Positions 26,847 through 37,195 of a stretch of DNA of 64,000 nucleotides are shown in pieces (the first letter of the stretch is position 1; each line of letters begins with the position of its first letter). Below the pieces are notes generated by a model, which ran no database searches, was not told the DNA's origin, and saw only the letters and a program-made list of their open reading frames with translations. Origin of the DNA: a virus. The DNA is taken from the IMG/VR virus record IMGVR_UViG_3300037234_000438, positions 1 to 64,000 of that record; one strand, 5' to 3'. The position numbers and the translations under genes were made by a program.

Positions 26847-29638
26847 TACGTACCATCTAGTGTAATTGCAGTCCTATTTCCATTTATATCAACTGTCGCA
26901 GTTACCCTAGCTTTACTATCAGCAACGTCCTGCATTGTGATCGTAGCTGTGCCCCCTCCTGCTGACTTGCCAGCTAATACCGCAAGACCAATTCTGAGGA
27001 TTTGCCTTAGTGTGAGAGTTCCTTCCACTACTTCATCCAACACTGCGTCAATTCCTGCTGCGGACAATGCATAGCCTGTTTTATCAGAATTGGTAGTTAC
27101 TGTTACAGATGTTCCATCTATGTCGTTAAACCCCGTGACTCCAACACCTTTAGCGAGAACTATATTAGTGCCAGATGTTAATACTCTTGTTGCTACCGCC
27201 CACACATCAGCCGCCGAATGAGTGGAGCCCCCATACTCACTTAAAGCCGTATCCATTTCTGATTTTATGGATGATATTGCGTGAATATGCCTCATAGTCA
27301 ATGCGATTTTTGATGCATCATCAGGCGCAGATGTAAAAGGTTCATCTACAGTCATAAGCCCCGTTGTTGTGTTATATGCTTTTACTACTCGCGGTTGCCA
27401 TTGATCTGCTACTAGTTCTACTGCTATTTCGGTGTCACGAAAGAAGTTCGTTCCGTAACCCGTCAGGGTTGTGATAAAGCTTGTCGTAGTAGCACCGGCA
27501 TCGTTTACAGCACCCTCAACTACATATACGGCACTCAAACCTTTCAGTCGCTTCCCGGCCATGCCGTCCGTATAAGCTGTTAATGTATCCGTCCAATTTG
27601 CTCTCGCCATGGCTAAAGCAAATAGAGAATCAAATAACACTAAATCAAGACCAGTTGCGCTAACGCTAAATCCTGTCTTGTCGATGACATTGCAATCAAG
27701 CTGATTTGCAACGGTGAAGACCATTTGATCTGTGATTGCTCTTATGGAATCAAGAAGATCCTTTAAAGCCCCAAGGCCATCCGTTGCATTGCTCAAATCT
27801 GTCTGTATTCCATCCGTAACAGCCGGTAAATTTGCTGCATCCAGTTCCGCCAATCTTCCCTCAGTACAAATGCTCGCAAGTGCTACATTGGCGGAAACGC
27901 GGTTTAATAGTGTTGCCACATTCATGATAAGGGTATTGAGATCATCAGAATTAGAATCCATCTCTATCCTAATCTCTGCGGCCGTTGGGTCATTTAGATT
28001 GCTTATCTGTTTCGTGGTATACCCTGTATCAATAATTGTTACATTTTCACCAGACGCATCTACATAAGGCTTGCCCGCACCACGAATATCTACAGTACCG
28101 CCCGTACCATTTATGGTAACTGTACCCATATCGGGGCCACCGATTGACATTACATCACCAGCCGCCATATTGGTAATACTGTATCCTCCTGAAGCATTCT
28201 TGATGGACATATTTGTTCCACCAATAGCGACATTCATATCAATCGGAAATTGGGCTGCCCCCGGAGTTCTTGTCCGACAATTGTTTAAATAAAAATTACC
28301 AGTACTCCTTACCGTAAGACCTCCTTCCAGCCAACAGTCACGCATAATAAATGGATCTAAAGTCACTATGCCTACGGGACATGATTCAAAGATTGGCTTA
28401 TTGGTCGATGCTATACCCTCGCCTGATATCTCCCCACTTACAACGTGCAGTCCATCAATAATTTGACCGTCAAAATCCACAGTATATCCAGCGCCAATTA
28501 ACTCCATGCTGGATGAGTCTGACGTTAATATAATATCAGTCCCAGCCGCTACTCTTACTCGATCAAGCCCAACAGAGGTCCTTAACGCGAGTATTGATGC
28601 CCACACTGATACGGGATGGTCTGCATATCCATCAAAGAACGGCGTAGTACCTGTGTTTGACTTATTACCATTAAGCCACAACGCCCCATCTGCATATCCT
28701 ACCGATCTTGATGTTGACATACCATATGCAACTGCGACATTTACTGTGAGAGTAGCGCTAGATAACCCTGTTCCGGTGATTCTTGTTTGTAGCAGGCCAT
28801 CTTTTGTATACTGAGTAACTGTTATTTTATCAAGTGTCACATAATTCAGTGAGTTAGACCCATCTATTGTGCCGAAACTAATAAACGATAAACCATCCTG
28901 ATCATATATCTGAAAATCAAGATCATCAGTAACACCTTGAGCTGCGGCAATCAGTATAAACTGAATAACCTCTGTGTCTTTTTCTAGCTGATAATCAAAA
29001 TCAACTGTTAGTATCCCAGCATCATCATCTAACGTGTATACATCCGCATCATCGTTTGCTAAATCACTTGCTGTCCCACTTGGATTTGTGCCTGTTACAA
29101 CAGTTATGGTGGTTGGCACAAACGGTCTAGCACCAACACCAGGGGCAGCTATTAAGGCTGATATGTTGTTATTAATAGCCTCGTTGCCAAATGTTGTATC
29201 TGCCACTATGCCACCAACAGTATCAAGCTTGCCGTCATGCGTTGCCAGTGAATCAGCTGTTGCTGGGGCATCAGTCAATTGCACTTCGAGCGGCAATTCA
29301 GCCATATTTGTTGCGCCACCAAGCCCAATAGACACAGCATCGGCACCTGAAGCATATAAATCATTATGAAAGTGAAGTTCATAATATCCGGTTGGCGCGT
29401 TTGCGGGTGTACCTATCCTAACCTTACCTACAGCACTTGGGGCTTGATATGTCCCTTCTGTTGCAACATTCTCATCCACCGCTAAAGCAACCCCCAGCCC
29501 ACCCATCCTATTAAAAAAACCTACCATGCCTGATGTTTGGTCTAAACTTCCGAGTCCCGCTCCCGTCGTAGAGGAAGAGTCCTGAATAAATACTACCAAG
29601 ATTAAAGAAGTCGACCCTTTTACAAATGAAAACTTCAT
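26846..29638 (-). CDS. large virion structural/tail-fibre-associated protein (930 aa)
   Basis: Gly/Thr/Ala-rich, beta-helix-like middle, position at end of tail module. Confidence 0.6.
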   Translation of the reverse strand: MKFSFVKGSTSLILVVFIQDSSSTTGAGLGSLDQTSGMVGFFNRMGGLGVALAVDENVATEGTYQAPSAVGKVRIGTPANAPTGYYELHFHNDLYASGADAVSIGLGGATNMAELPLEVQLTDAPATADSLATHDGKLDTVGGIVADTTFGNEAINNNISALIAAPGVGARPFVPTTITVVTGTNPSGTASDLANDDADVYTLDDDAGILTVDFDYQLEKDTEVIQFILIAAAQGVTDDLDFQIYDQDGLSFISFGTIDGSNSLNYVTLDKITVTQYTKDGLLQTRITGTGLSSATLTVNVAVAYGMSTSRSVGYADGALWLNGNKSNTGTTPFFDGYADHPVSVWASILALRTSVGLDRVRVAAGTDIILTSDSSSMELIGAGYTVDFDGQIIDGLHVVSGEISGEGIASTNKPIFESCPVGIVTLDPFIMRDCWLEGGLTVRSTGNFYLNNCRTRTPGAAQFPIDMNVAIGGTNMSIKNASGGYSITNMAAGDVMSIGGPDMGTVTINGTGGTVDIRGAGKPYVDASGENVTIIDTGYTTKQISNLNDPTAAEIRIEMDSNSDDLNTLIMNVATLLNRVSANVALASICTEGRLAELDAANLPAVTDGIQTDLSNATDGLGALKDLLDSIRAITDQMVFTVANQLDCNVIDKTGFSVSATGLDLVLFDSLFALAMARANWTDTLTAYTDGMAGKRLKGLSAVYVVEGAVNDAGATTTSFITTLTGYGTNFFRDTEIAVELVADQWQPRVVKAYNTTTGLMTVDEPFTSAPDDASKIALTMRHIHAISSIKSEMDTALSEYGGSTHSAADVWAVATRVLTSGTNIVLAKGVGVTGFNDIDGTSVTVTTNSDKTGYALSAAGIDAVLDEVVEGTLTLRQILRIGLAVLAGKSAGGGTATITMQDVADSKARVTATVDINGNRTAITLDGT

Positions 29639-30729
29639 CCGTTCATACCTCCATTCATTCCTGGATGGTTTTTTACCCCACCCCCTACGCCACCGGCTCC
29701 ATCGTCAAACTGATCAATCAAGAGCCCGAAAGTAGGCCGTCTCGTTGTCGTGTCTGTCCAGTCCCCTTCTACTGTTGGGTTATTTGCTTCTGTGTAGTGA
29801 AAATCCTGCCCTCCGGTCATTGCGTCCATAATTGCCACGGTATCAACATCTACATGATACAGCCTTATGTTGCCGCCCCCTTTTGGCACTAAAACAAGTC
29901 TATAATAAGTGTCTGCCGCAAAGGTCTTAAACTCATAAAATTTGTGGACATGAAATCTGATTCCGTTTGTTTGTCTAATATCAGTATCTATTGTGTAAAG
30001 AGTTGTAAAAGAGCTGCCACCTTCGACAACTTTAACGTCACAATCACCGTCCACGTCTAAGCCGGTAATCCAAAAACCAGCGGCCCTAAAAGGAAAAGAG
30101 GTTTTAAATTTCAAACCCCGATTATTAGGGTTTGATGAAGAATTATAAATATTGTTACCAATAGCCGAGACCGGAAGACCGACCACCTCCTCATAGCTTC
30201 CATCACTATATTCAAGGGCTAGTAAAATCCCTCGAATCTGTTTAGTCCACGAACCGGTGTTAAGATTAGAATAAGGAAAACCTTGCCCTCCTGACCCCTG
30301 CAACCACGGCCCATCAGCTATCGTCGCAATGTTAATGTCTCCGAAGCTGGTACCAGGATTGACAAATACGGCATTATACTCTACGCCTTGAGTGACGCTT
30401 GCATTCGCTGTTAGCGCAGGAGTAAACCATGTATTATCATCAGTATCTTGTATTACCTGAGCAGCGTTTGAGTTCGCACTAATCAATGTTCCAGTCGGAT
30501 CTCCGTTTGTTGAGTCCATCGTTTCTAATCGCACGTCTATAGTCGCGCCCGTTAGGACTGTGCCTGTTCTAAACCCAACTTTTGCTACATCTCCAGTCTT
30601 AGGCGCCTGAAAACAGAAAGCAATTTTTTCATTCGCAGCATCAATTTTTAAAATATCTGTAATTTGTAAAAAATCAACGGGTATAATCGGTGGGAACGGA
30701 ACCGTTCCCTGAAAAGGCACTAGTGTCAT
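29635..30729 (-). CDS. virion structural protein
   Basis: 364-aa beta-rich ORF in tail module. Confidence 0.5.
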   Translation of the reverse strand: MTLVPFQGTVPFPPIIPVDFLQITDILKIDAANEKIAFCFQAPKTGDVAKVGFRTGTVLTGATIDVRLETMDSTNGDPTGTLISANSNAAQVIQDTDDNTWFTPALTANASVTQGVEYNAVFVNPGTSFGDINIATIADGPWLQGSGGQGFPYSNLNTGSWTKQIRGILLALEYSDGSYEEVVGLPVSAIGNNIYNSSSNPNNRGLKFKTSFPFRAAGFWITGLDVDGDCDVKVVEGGSSFTTLYTIDTDIRQTNGIRFHVHKFYEFKTFAADTYYRLVLVPKGGGNIRLYHVDVDTVAIMDAMTGGQDFHYTEANNPTVEGDWTDTTTRRPTFGLLIDQFDDGAGGVGGGVKNHPGMNGGMNG

Positions 30730-30898
30730 TACAGTCTAAAGACCTCGGATTCTTTTGTAACAGTTAAATGAATATGACCCCCACCAGGGCATGTGTTTAT
30801 ATTTGATATTGTTAATTCCATATAATTATCGTAGCTCCCTACCTTGAATCTCCACCTTAAGCTTTTCTATTTCTGCATTCTTCTCTTGAAGCGACTTT

Positions 30899-31285
30899 TT
30901 AAACTTTACCGTCTCCCACAAACAACGCCTCGATGGTCATCAGACCACCTATGGAGACGTCGATATCCTTAGCATCAAGCTCATTCTCGAGCTCTTCCAT
31001 GGTAACGCCTGGGTCTGTCACCTCAACTACGTCCTGAAGCGTCTCAGCCCATTCTCTTTTATATTCCTCGGCACTCTCAGCTTTTATTGCGAGCCTTCCT
31101 TCGCTATCCTTCTCGCCCAGGCGCTCGAATAGCTTCTTCTGGACGTCAGCCATGTCCTCAACGTGCTGGTCGATTGATCGAATGAAGGGTCTTAGCCGCC
31201 TTGCCATCTTGCTTGCGATTGGAGCCTGCTTGAGAGTCGTTAGTGCCGGTACTGCGTTGTTGATTGTTCCAAGCTTTACGTTCAT
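30899..31285 (-). CDS. tail fibre-associated chaperone-like protein (DUF1617-like)
   Basis: small helical protein directly after the fibre gene. Confidence 0.45.
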   Translation of the reverse strand: MNVKLGTINNAVPALTTLKQAPIASKMARRLRPFIRSIDQHVEDMADVQKKLFERLGEKDSEGRLAIKAESAEEYKREWAETLQDVVEVTDPGVTMEELENELDAKDIDVSIGGLMTIEALFVGDGKV

Positions 31286-31316
31286 TGTGTTCTCCCTGGT
31301 TATTATTTTTAAAATG

Positions 31317-32390
31317 TTAAGCTATGTAAGTTATTGTTATCCATCCACGGTTGTAACTTGTTGCATCAAAAAGCGCGTCACCATCAAAAAACCCTCCGGT
31401 CAACCTAAACAAGCGAATATTGGTAGTGCTAATCCAATCAACAAAGCCTTGAGGGCTGGCGTCTGTTGCGTCCACTCCTCTGTTTAACTTGTATTGGTTT
31501 GTCCCGGTGTCAGTACGAATCATTACGCTTACCGTGAGGATGTTGCTTAAAGTTAAGCCATGAGTCACTGTCGCAGAGGTGAACCCATCCATATTCCAAT
31601 CGCCAATATCGATAACTTTAGTTTTTAAGGTATTGGTGCCATCTGTCTGGATACCGCCAGAAGCAATTAGTGCGTTGGTAAGAGTAATGCCGCTGGAAAC
31701 GATTAAATCATTAGTGATCGTCACGTCAGACCCAGAATTGCCAATGGTTAGATCACCAGCACTATCAACCGTAAAGCTGCTATAAACACCGCCATCAGTA
31801 TAGGTAAGCCTAAGTTGTTCTGTAGTAGAAAGAATGTCTAATTTAGCATCAGGGCCGGATGTTCCGATGCCTACAGCGCCAACGCTCCCATCAACAAAAA
31901 GCAATCTATTATTCTTTCCATCATAGATCCCAAAATCCCTGAAGCGGGTTGTGCCCCCATTATATCCAGAATAATTCATCCTCAGCTCTTCAGAATCATT
32001 ATCACCGGAAGATAAATAAATTTCTTTGTTGCTAGGCTTTAAAACTATATCGTTTGTCGCGTTAGTGAGAAACAATAAGTCGTTGGCTTCATCGTAATAG
32101 GAATTACTTCCTAGATATATTTTCCCTGGCGTGGCGTGAGAAGTGGAATATAATATGAGGTCTCCACCTGAGGCCGCGCTACCATACACGTTAAACGTTA
32201 ATGGGTCCCATGACGCACCGTTGTACTTCTCAAATCGATTATTTGAAGCGTTAAAGCCTATCGCATCAGTTGGAACGTTTGTTGAGCTGGTGCCATCAAA
32301 CATTAATGCCAGATCGGTATCGCGATCTTTTAAGTATGTTAAAAAATTAGTGTATGTGTCCGTCAGTGCGGGCGTGTCCCAATCTGCCAT
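31317..32390 (-). CDS. tail fibre protein
   Basis: VGIGTSGPDAKLDI fibre repeat; follows the tail tip gene. Confidence 0.75.
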   Translation of the reverse strand: MADWDTPALTDTYTNFLTYLKDRDTDLALMFDGTSSTNVPTDAIGFNASNNRFEKYNGASWDPLTFNVYGSAASGGDLILYSTSHATPGKIYLGSNSYYDEANDLLFLTNATNDIVLKPSNKEIYLSSGDNDSEELRMNYSGYNGGTTRFRDFGIYDGKNNRLLFVDGSVGAVGIGTSGPDAKLDILSTTEQLRLTYTDGGVYSSFTVDSAGDLTIGNSGSDVTITNDLIVSSGITLTNALIASGGIQTDGTNTLKTKVIDIGDWNMDGFTSATVTHGLTLSNILTVSVMIRTDTGTNQYKLNRGVDATDASPQGFVDWISTTNIRLFRLTGGFFDGDALFDATSYNRGWITITYIA

Positions 32391-32402
32391 CTCATTTCTC
32401 CC

Positions 32403-35400
32403 TTAATATCCTCTGGCCGTCCAACTAAAATCGCCAGTTATTTTTGTCCCGCTTGTATTAAATAAATATGCCGTAAAATCTGTCGGGTTCGGAATGTCCG
32501 TAAAATCATAGACAGGTATCATTGCTATTGTCCCGTTTGCAGTGACAGTAATAGAAGTCACGTCAATAAACGGCACATTAAAGGTGACGACTTTACCTGT
32601 AGCCGCTACGGTTATCGTGTCGCTCCCTGCATCGTTTTTTAACTTGCTGTCCAGTGTGACATTTAGCGCATCTATGTAGGTTAAGTCGTCTCCATCTGCG
32701 GCAGTAAATGCCAACATTATCTTTACCCACCTAAAGTTCGTCACATATGCCTGGGTGACGCCGACGTTGTCGTCCCATGGGCCAGTGCTCGAAGTGTTGC
32801 TGGTTGATATCGTCACCACCATCGTCACGCTGCCGGTGATACTATTTTCAGTTACATTGGCAGTAACTAATGTCGCGGCAAGAGTTGTCCCATAATCGAA
32901 CACCTCTTCGTATTCGGCGGTTGCTTCCGACGGCATTATGTATCGAGGGTATCCAGCGTCTATCTGATCTTGAGGGTTGGCCCAACTATTATTGATAAAG
33001 TGATCCTGGTAAGACTCAGCGGTTTCCACAGGAACGAGCAACCTGCCATCTTCAATAAAGGCATTCGTTTTTGTTCCAGAAAAATCACTATTCCAAGAAG
33101 TATTCAATACGTAGTCGGGGGGCTGATTAATGTACACGCTCAGAGAGGCCTCTGTGCCGTAGTTGTCAGCTGTATCTATCCCCACCACCCAATACTTGTA
33201 ATTCCCTGCTGCGCTCTCGAAAACGGTAGCGAATGTCCCGCCAAATGTTCCCAATACGTCAGCAGAGGAGAACACATCGCCCTTCCTGACCTCGTAATGC
33301 TGAATAGGTAGAGTCCCTGGCGCAAGTGACCACTTTAGAAGCGCGAAGTTGTCAATCACTTCAGGGGTGATAGTTGGCGCCCCTGGCAAATTAATGGTCA
33401 CTCCGGTTCCACCTTCGGAGCTTTCATTGCCAACGGCATCGTGAGCGCGAACCATGAAACTTCTAAGCCCAGACCAGCCTATTTTTAATTCATAGGTTCT
33501 CGCCTGCAGCGTGTCCACAAAAGTACCGCTAGACCACGTGCTCCCGTAGCGAATCTCGTATCGATCTATAGGGTAATCTCCGGAAGACGCTGTCCAGTTA
33601 AGGGTGAGATTGCCACCGTTAATCGTGTAGTTAGCTACCGGCTGGGATGGCGCCGACACCACCAACCCATTGCTCGCCTCGTTCGTTGAATAATTGCCGG
33701 AAGTGTCTATCGCCTTCACATAATATGTATATGATCCAGCTACGGCCATTTCGTGAAGATACGTTGTTGCTTTTACTTGGTCAACTAATGTGCCGGCAGC
33801 CCAACTCGCCCCGTAGCGAATTTCGTACTCTCCTCGGTCGGCGTCACTGATGGCATTCCAAGATAAGAATATGCCTCGGTCTCTAGTGACGGCAGTGAGG
33901 CCTGTGACGTCTGACGGAACGGCTGTTTTGCCAACTACTGCGTGACTGTCGCTGGCCCAGTCACTCGTAATGTCGTTAATTGCAGTGGCACCCACCCTCA
34001 CATCATACTCGACCCCATCTTCTACGGGAACCACGTATGCGGAAACATCGCCTTCCGGGATAAGAGGTATCCGTATCCACACCGAGTCAGCGGATTTCTT
34101 GTATTCAACAAAATATCCTAAGCGGTAGTAATTATCTGCCGGGGCCGTCCACGACACATAAATCCTTGAAATTATTGAGCCATCCGAGCCCTGTAGCAGA
34201 TGAGTCGTCCCAGAGCTTAATGATAATCCTGTCGGCGGATCTTGTTCGCCAAACGGGTTTTGTAGCGTGGTCGCTAGGGATACGGAAGGCAATGATTCGT
34301 TGCCCACATAAAAAGCGTTGTTGTATAGCTTGAGCGTATAATTGATCTCCTCATCTTCGCTTTCGGATGCCGTTATGATCCGAAACTCTTCATCAACCCA
34401 CCCGGGAAGATCATGCGTTACGGCAACTACATCTCCAACGGTCAAGCTGAGAGAATCCACCATTCCCCTGAGAGAAGCATAAAGATTGCCCTCTACAGAT
34501 TCCCGGCCAAACCATTCAGCAATATCGTAGGCCTGTTTGTAAGTTGGTACGGCACTACCATCTATTTTTTTTTCGATAACTCTGACACGTCTATCTTGCT
34601 CATCGTAATCATCATAGATAGCTGTCATTTCGGGAAAAGTCTGCGTCCCTTGAAACATAGGATAACCCGAAGAATACATTTTGCTTCTGGCGGAGCATCC
34701 AGTCAGACTAGACCCAGTGTTGCCAGTGTATGTAATGGCCTCATCCGATATATATATAGTGCCAGATGAATCAAAAGAGCCTTGGAGATCGCCATAAGGT
34801 ATGGTTGTATCGCCTGTCGGCAAAGCGCCTACAATAAGAGCAATATTTTCTCTTATCTCCTGGTCGATATATTTGACAATGATTCTGTTTGGTGTGTCGT
34901 TAACGCTATTCTGGTAGTAAGAAAAACTGTCTTCAACAATATTGTCATTCGTTTTACTGGATGAGGCGTCGTCGAAATAATGCGCTGGCGTCGAATCGCC
35001 AAGCTCAGGGTGGCTCCAGATAGTATTAATATTCAACTGAGCCTTGCCAGCTGAGTAAGTCATGTATCCCCTGCAAGTAGTGAGCATTAACTCCAGAATG
35101 TCTGTGTCCTTTTTCTGCTCGACCAGGACAAGATTCATTTCGTAGTTATTAGCTGTGCAGACCTGGGCTGCGGCATAAAAAAATGCAAAATCTATCTGAC
35201 TTGCCTCCATAGGAGAGGACGCTCTATTTAGAAGAAAATCAAGGATGCACCATGGGGGACTATTATCCCAAACAGGTGAACCGTCTGGCGTACCATCGCC
35301 CAAATATTTCTGGACGAGAAATCCTTTAACAACAAAAAAGACTTCATCATTAAAGCTGGGCTGGAGAAATGAGCCGCTGGTCATTTTATTTTCCTGTGTC

Positions 35401-35777
35401 CAGATACCAGGATATCCTACTGCCGGCTCTCTCTCAAGAAGCGAACCTCTTATAACGGCTACCGATGTTCTGCGATAATATTTCGTTGTGCTGTCAGAAA
35501 AGGCAAAAGACTGCGATGTGGTGCCAAGATAAGGAGAAAAGACGGTAGAATTCCCAACATCAACGGTTCTGCCATTAACATGACAAGAGATGAAGGAGGA
35601 TGTTTCACCGGAACAGGCAATGTATATTCTGTCTTGTCTACTGACGTTTCCAGGAGACCTATACGAATCGACAAGTTTGCCCTCTATTCTCCCCACACCA
35701 TAAACCATAGGGATGATAGATCTATCGCCTTTAACTGTGTGGGTGATTCGTCCAAAATTTGGGGGAGCTACTAACAT
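32403..35777 (-). CDS. central tail tip/host specificity protein (gpJ-like) with FN3 domains
   Basis: IPMVYG, NSPPWCILDFL, LTVGDVVAVTH motifs; repeated FN3-like YEIRYG units. Confidence 0.85.
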   Translation of the reverse strand: MLVAPPNFGRITHTVKGDRSIIPMVYGVGRIEGKLVDSYRSPGNVSRQDRIYIACSGETSSFISCHVNGRTVDVGNSTVFSPYLGTTSQSFAFSDSTTKYYRRTSVAVIRGSLLEREPAVGYPGIWTQENKMTSGSFLQPSFNDEVFFVVKGFLVQKYLGDGTPDGSPVWDNSPPWCILDFLLNRASSPMEASQIDFAFFYAAAQVCTANNYEMNLVLVEQKKDTDILELMLTTCRGYMTYSAGKAQLNINTIWSHPELGDSTPAHYFDDASSSKTNDNIVEDSFSYYQNSVNDTPNRIIVKYIDQEIRENIALIVGALPTGDTTIPYGDLQGSFDSSGTIYISDEAITYTGNTGSSLTGCSARSKMYSSGYPMFQGTQTFPEMTAIYDDYDEQDRRVRVIEKKIDGSAVPTYKQAYDIAEWFGRESVEGNLYASLRGMVDSLSLTVGDVVAVTHDLPGWVDEEFRIITASESEDEEINYTLKLYNNAFYVGNESLPSVSLATTLQNPFGEQDPPTGLSLSSGTTHLLQGSDGSIISRIYVSWTAPADNYYRLGYFVEYKKSADSVWIRIPLIPEGDVSAYVVPVEDGVEYDVRVGATAINDITSDWASDSHAVVGKTAVPSDVTGLTAVTRDRGIFLSWNAISDADRGEYEIRYGASWAAGTLVDQVKATTYLHEMAVAGSYTYYVKAIDTSGNYSTNEASNGLVVSAPSQPVANYTINGGNLTLNWTASSGDYPIDRYEIRYGSTWSSGTFVDTLQARTYELKIGWSGLRSFMVRAHDAVGNESSEGGTGVTINLPGAPTITPEVIDNFALLKWSLAPGTLPIQHYEVRKGDVFSSADVLGTFGGTFATVFESAAGNYKYWVVGIDTADNYGTEASLSVYINQPPDYVLNTSWNSDFSGTKTNAFIEDGRLLVPVETAESYQDHFINNSWANPQDQIDAGYPRYIMPSEATAEYEEVFDYGTTLAATLVTANVTENSITGSVTMVVTISTSNTSSTGPWDDNVGVTQAYVTNFRWVKIMLAFTAADGDDLTYIDALNVTLDSKLKNDAGSDTITVAATGKVVTFNVPFIDVTSITVTANGTIAMIPVYDFTDIPNPTDFTAYLFNTSGTKITGDFSWTARGY

Positions 35778-35787
35778 TGCTTCTTTC

Positions 35788-36831
35788 CTATTTCATTATC
35801 ACAACCCAACTTGTAGAATGATAAGTTTCCTCAAATCCACCAAAGTTAGGCTCATTACTAAATGATTCGCACGTACTCTTTGATTTATCACATTCAACTA
35901 TGTATGTATCCCCGGCGCTAATAGAGTTTGAGAAATCAGAATCAAAGGTGATGTGCCCGGTTGTCGTATTGTGGGTAGCTATTTTCCTGCTCGCGTTTTT
36001 ATTGGCGCCGGACAATATCTTACACGTCCCACCTATCATTGACGATGTGCCGACAAGCTCCGTGTCAGTCAGCGACCCTCCGGCAGAGCCAGTATCTACG
36101 ACCCCTCTTGGCTCTCCGGCCGCCGAATTATAACCGCATTCTGTTTGGCAAAAGCGCCAATTACATTTGGCCGTAAATCGTTGCCACGGAGCAAATGATT
36201 GAGACCGGTCAAAAGCACTTACAATGTGAGGATTAACCTGTCTTTCGGTGATTTTTGGCCTGTCCATGAAACCAGTGAACTGAATGATTCTGTCATCATT
36301 AGTGCCGGTACATTCCCATGTAACGCCGCCATCCACAACAGTTCCGCCGATTGTTGTGGGCCATGTCGGTTCCGATCCGCTCGTTGTGCCTGCTGCTGTA
36401 CATGTATAGCTGAGCCCGTTGGGTGTTGTCGGCTCAACAATATCATCGATAGACTTAACCGCTGACGCAGCCCATGCAGTATATCCATCGATAATGGTGC
36501 CGGTAGAATCAAGGAATACTTTATAGACTTCCGCCTTCTGGCCGGCAAATTCATTGTAAGCAAAATTTGCCGACATTACCTTGTCTACGTTGTCAATAGT
36601 GATGGAGCAATTGTCAACTTGGTTCTTTAGATATGTCTTGATGCTGCCATGGTTGCTGTCATAGGCGGTATATGTATCGCCCTGAAAGGTAATATCTGAG
36701 TGGTGGTTCGTATGCCGGATGACACTTGTGGCTCCGGTGGCTTTATCTAATATCTCCAGGTAATACAGGGATCGCGGAATAACGCCAAGCTTCACGGTCT
36801 CTAATTTTATATTAGTCGATAAAAGTCTCAT
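35788..36831 (-). CDS. baseplate hub/minor tail protein (DUF2163/gpL-like)
   Basis: CNWRFCQTEC and CDKSKSTC...NFGGF Cys motifs. Confidence 0.8.
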   Translation of the reverse strand: MRLLSTNIKLETVKLGVIPRSLYYLEILDKATGATSVIRHTNHHSDITFQGDTYTAYDSNHGSIKTYLKNQVDNCSITIDNVDKVMSANFAYNEFAGQKAEVYKVFLDSTGTIIDGYTAWAASAVKSIDDIVEPTTPNGLSYTCTAAGTTSGSEPTWPTTIGGTVVDGGVTWECTGTNDDRIIQFTGFMDRPKITERQVNPHIVSAFDRSQSFAPWQRFTAKCNWRFCQTECGYNSAAGEPRGVVDTGSAGGSLTDTELVGTSSMIGGTCKILSGANKNASRKIATHNTTTGHITFDSDFSNSISAGDTYIVECDKSKSTCESFSNEPNFGGFEETYHSTSWVVIMK

Positions 36832-37184
36832 ATGATTTCTTCAAACTCAAAGGAGAGCCTATAAAAGTTATATTGGAAATAGTCCCTAGAGAGAGTGTCA
36901 GATTTAAACCTGACAGTATGGGCAACACTATCTACCGGATTAATCCAGGCAAAGGTGTCATACGCACCATTGCAGTCCTGATAAAATTGCCATATAAGGT
37001 CTGCGTCTGAAGCGACCAACACGCCAAACTTCAAACTCCAAGTCTGAGGCCCTGATGCCTTAGAACGTCGCCGCTGTTTGCCTGACTCACCTCTCGAAAC
37101 AAGTGTTTTGAACTTTATTTCCGTGGTGAAAACGTGTTCTGGCGTAAGGCCAACATCGCTATCCCAATCATTCGTAAATGCCAT
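36828..37184 (-). CDS. distal tail protein (DUF2460/gpM-like)
   Basis: FKTLVSRGESGKQRR...FYQDCNGAYDTFAWINP...VRF; follows the tape measure. Confidence 0.75.
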   Translation of the reverse strand: MAFTNDWDSDVGLTPEHVFTTEIKFKTLVSRGESGKQRRRSKASGPQTWSLKFGVLVASDADLIWQFYQDCNGAYDTFAWINPVDSVAHTVRFKSDTLSRDYFQYNFYRLSFEFEEII

Positions 37185-37195
37185 ACCTGCCTATA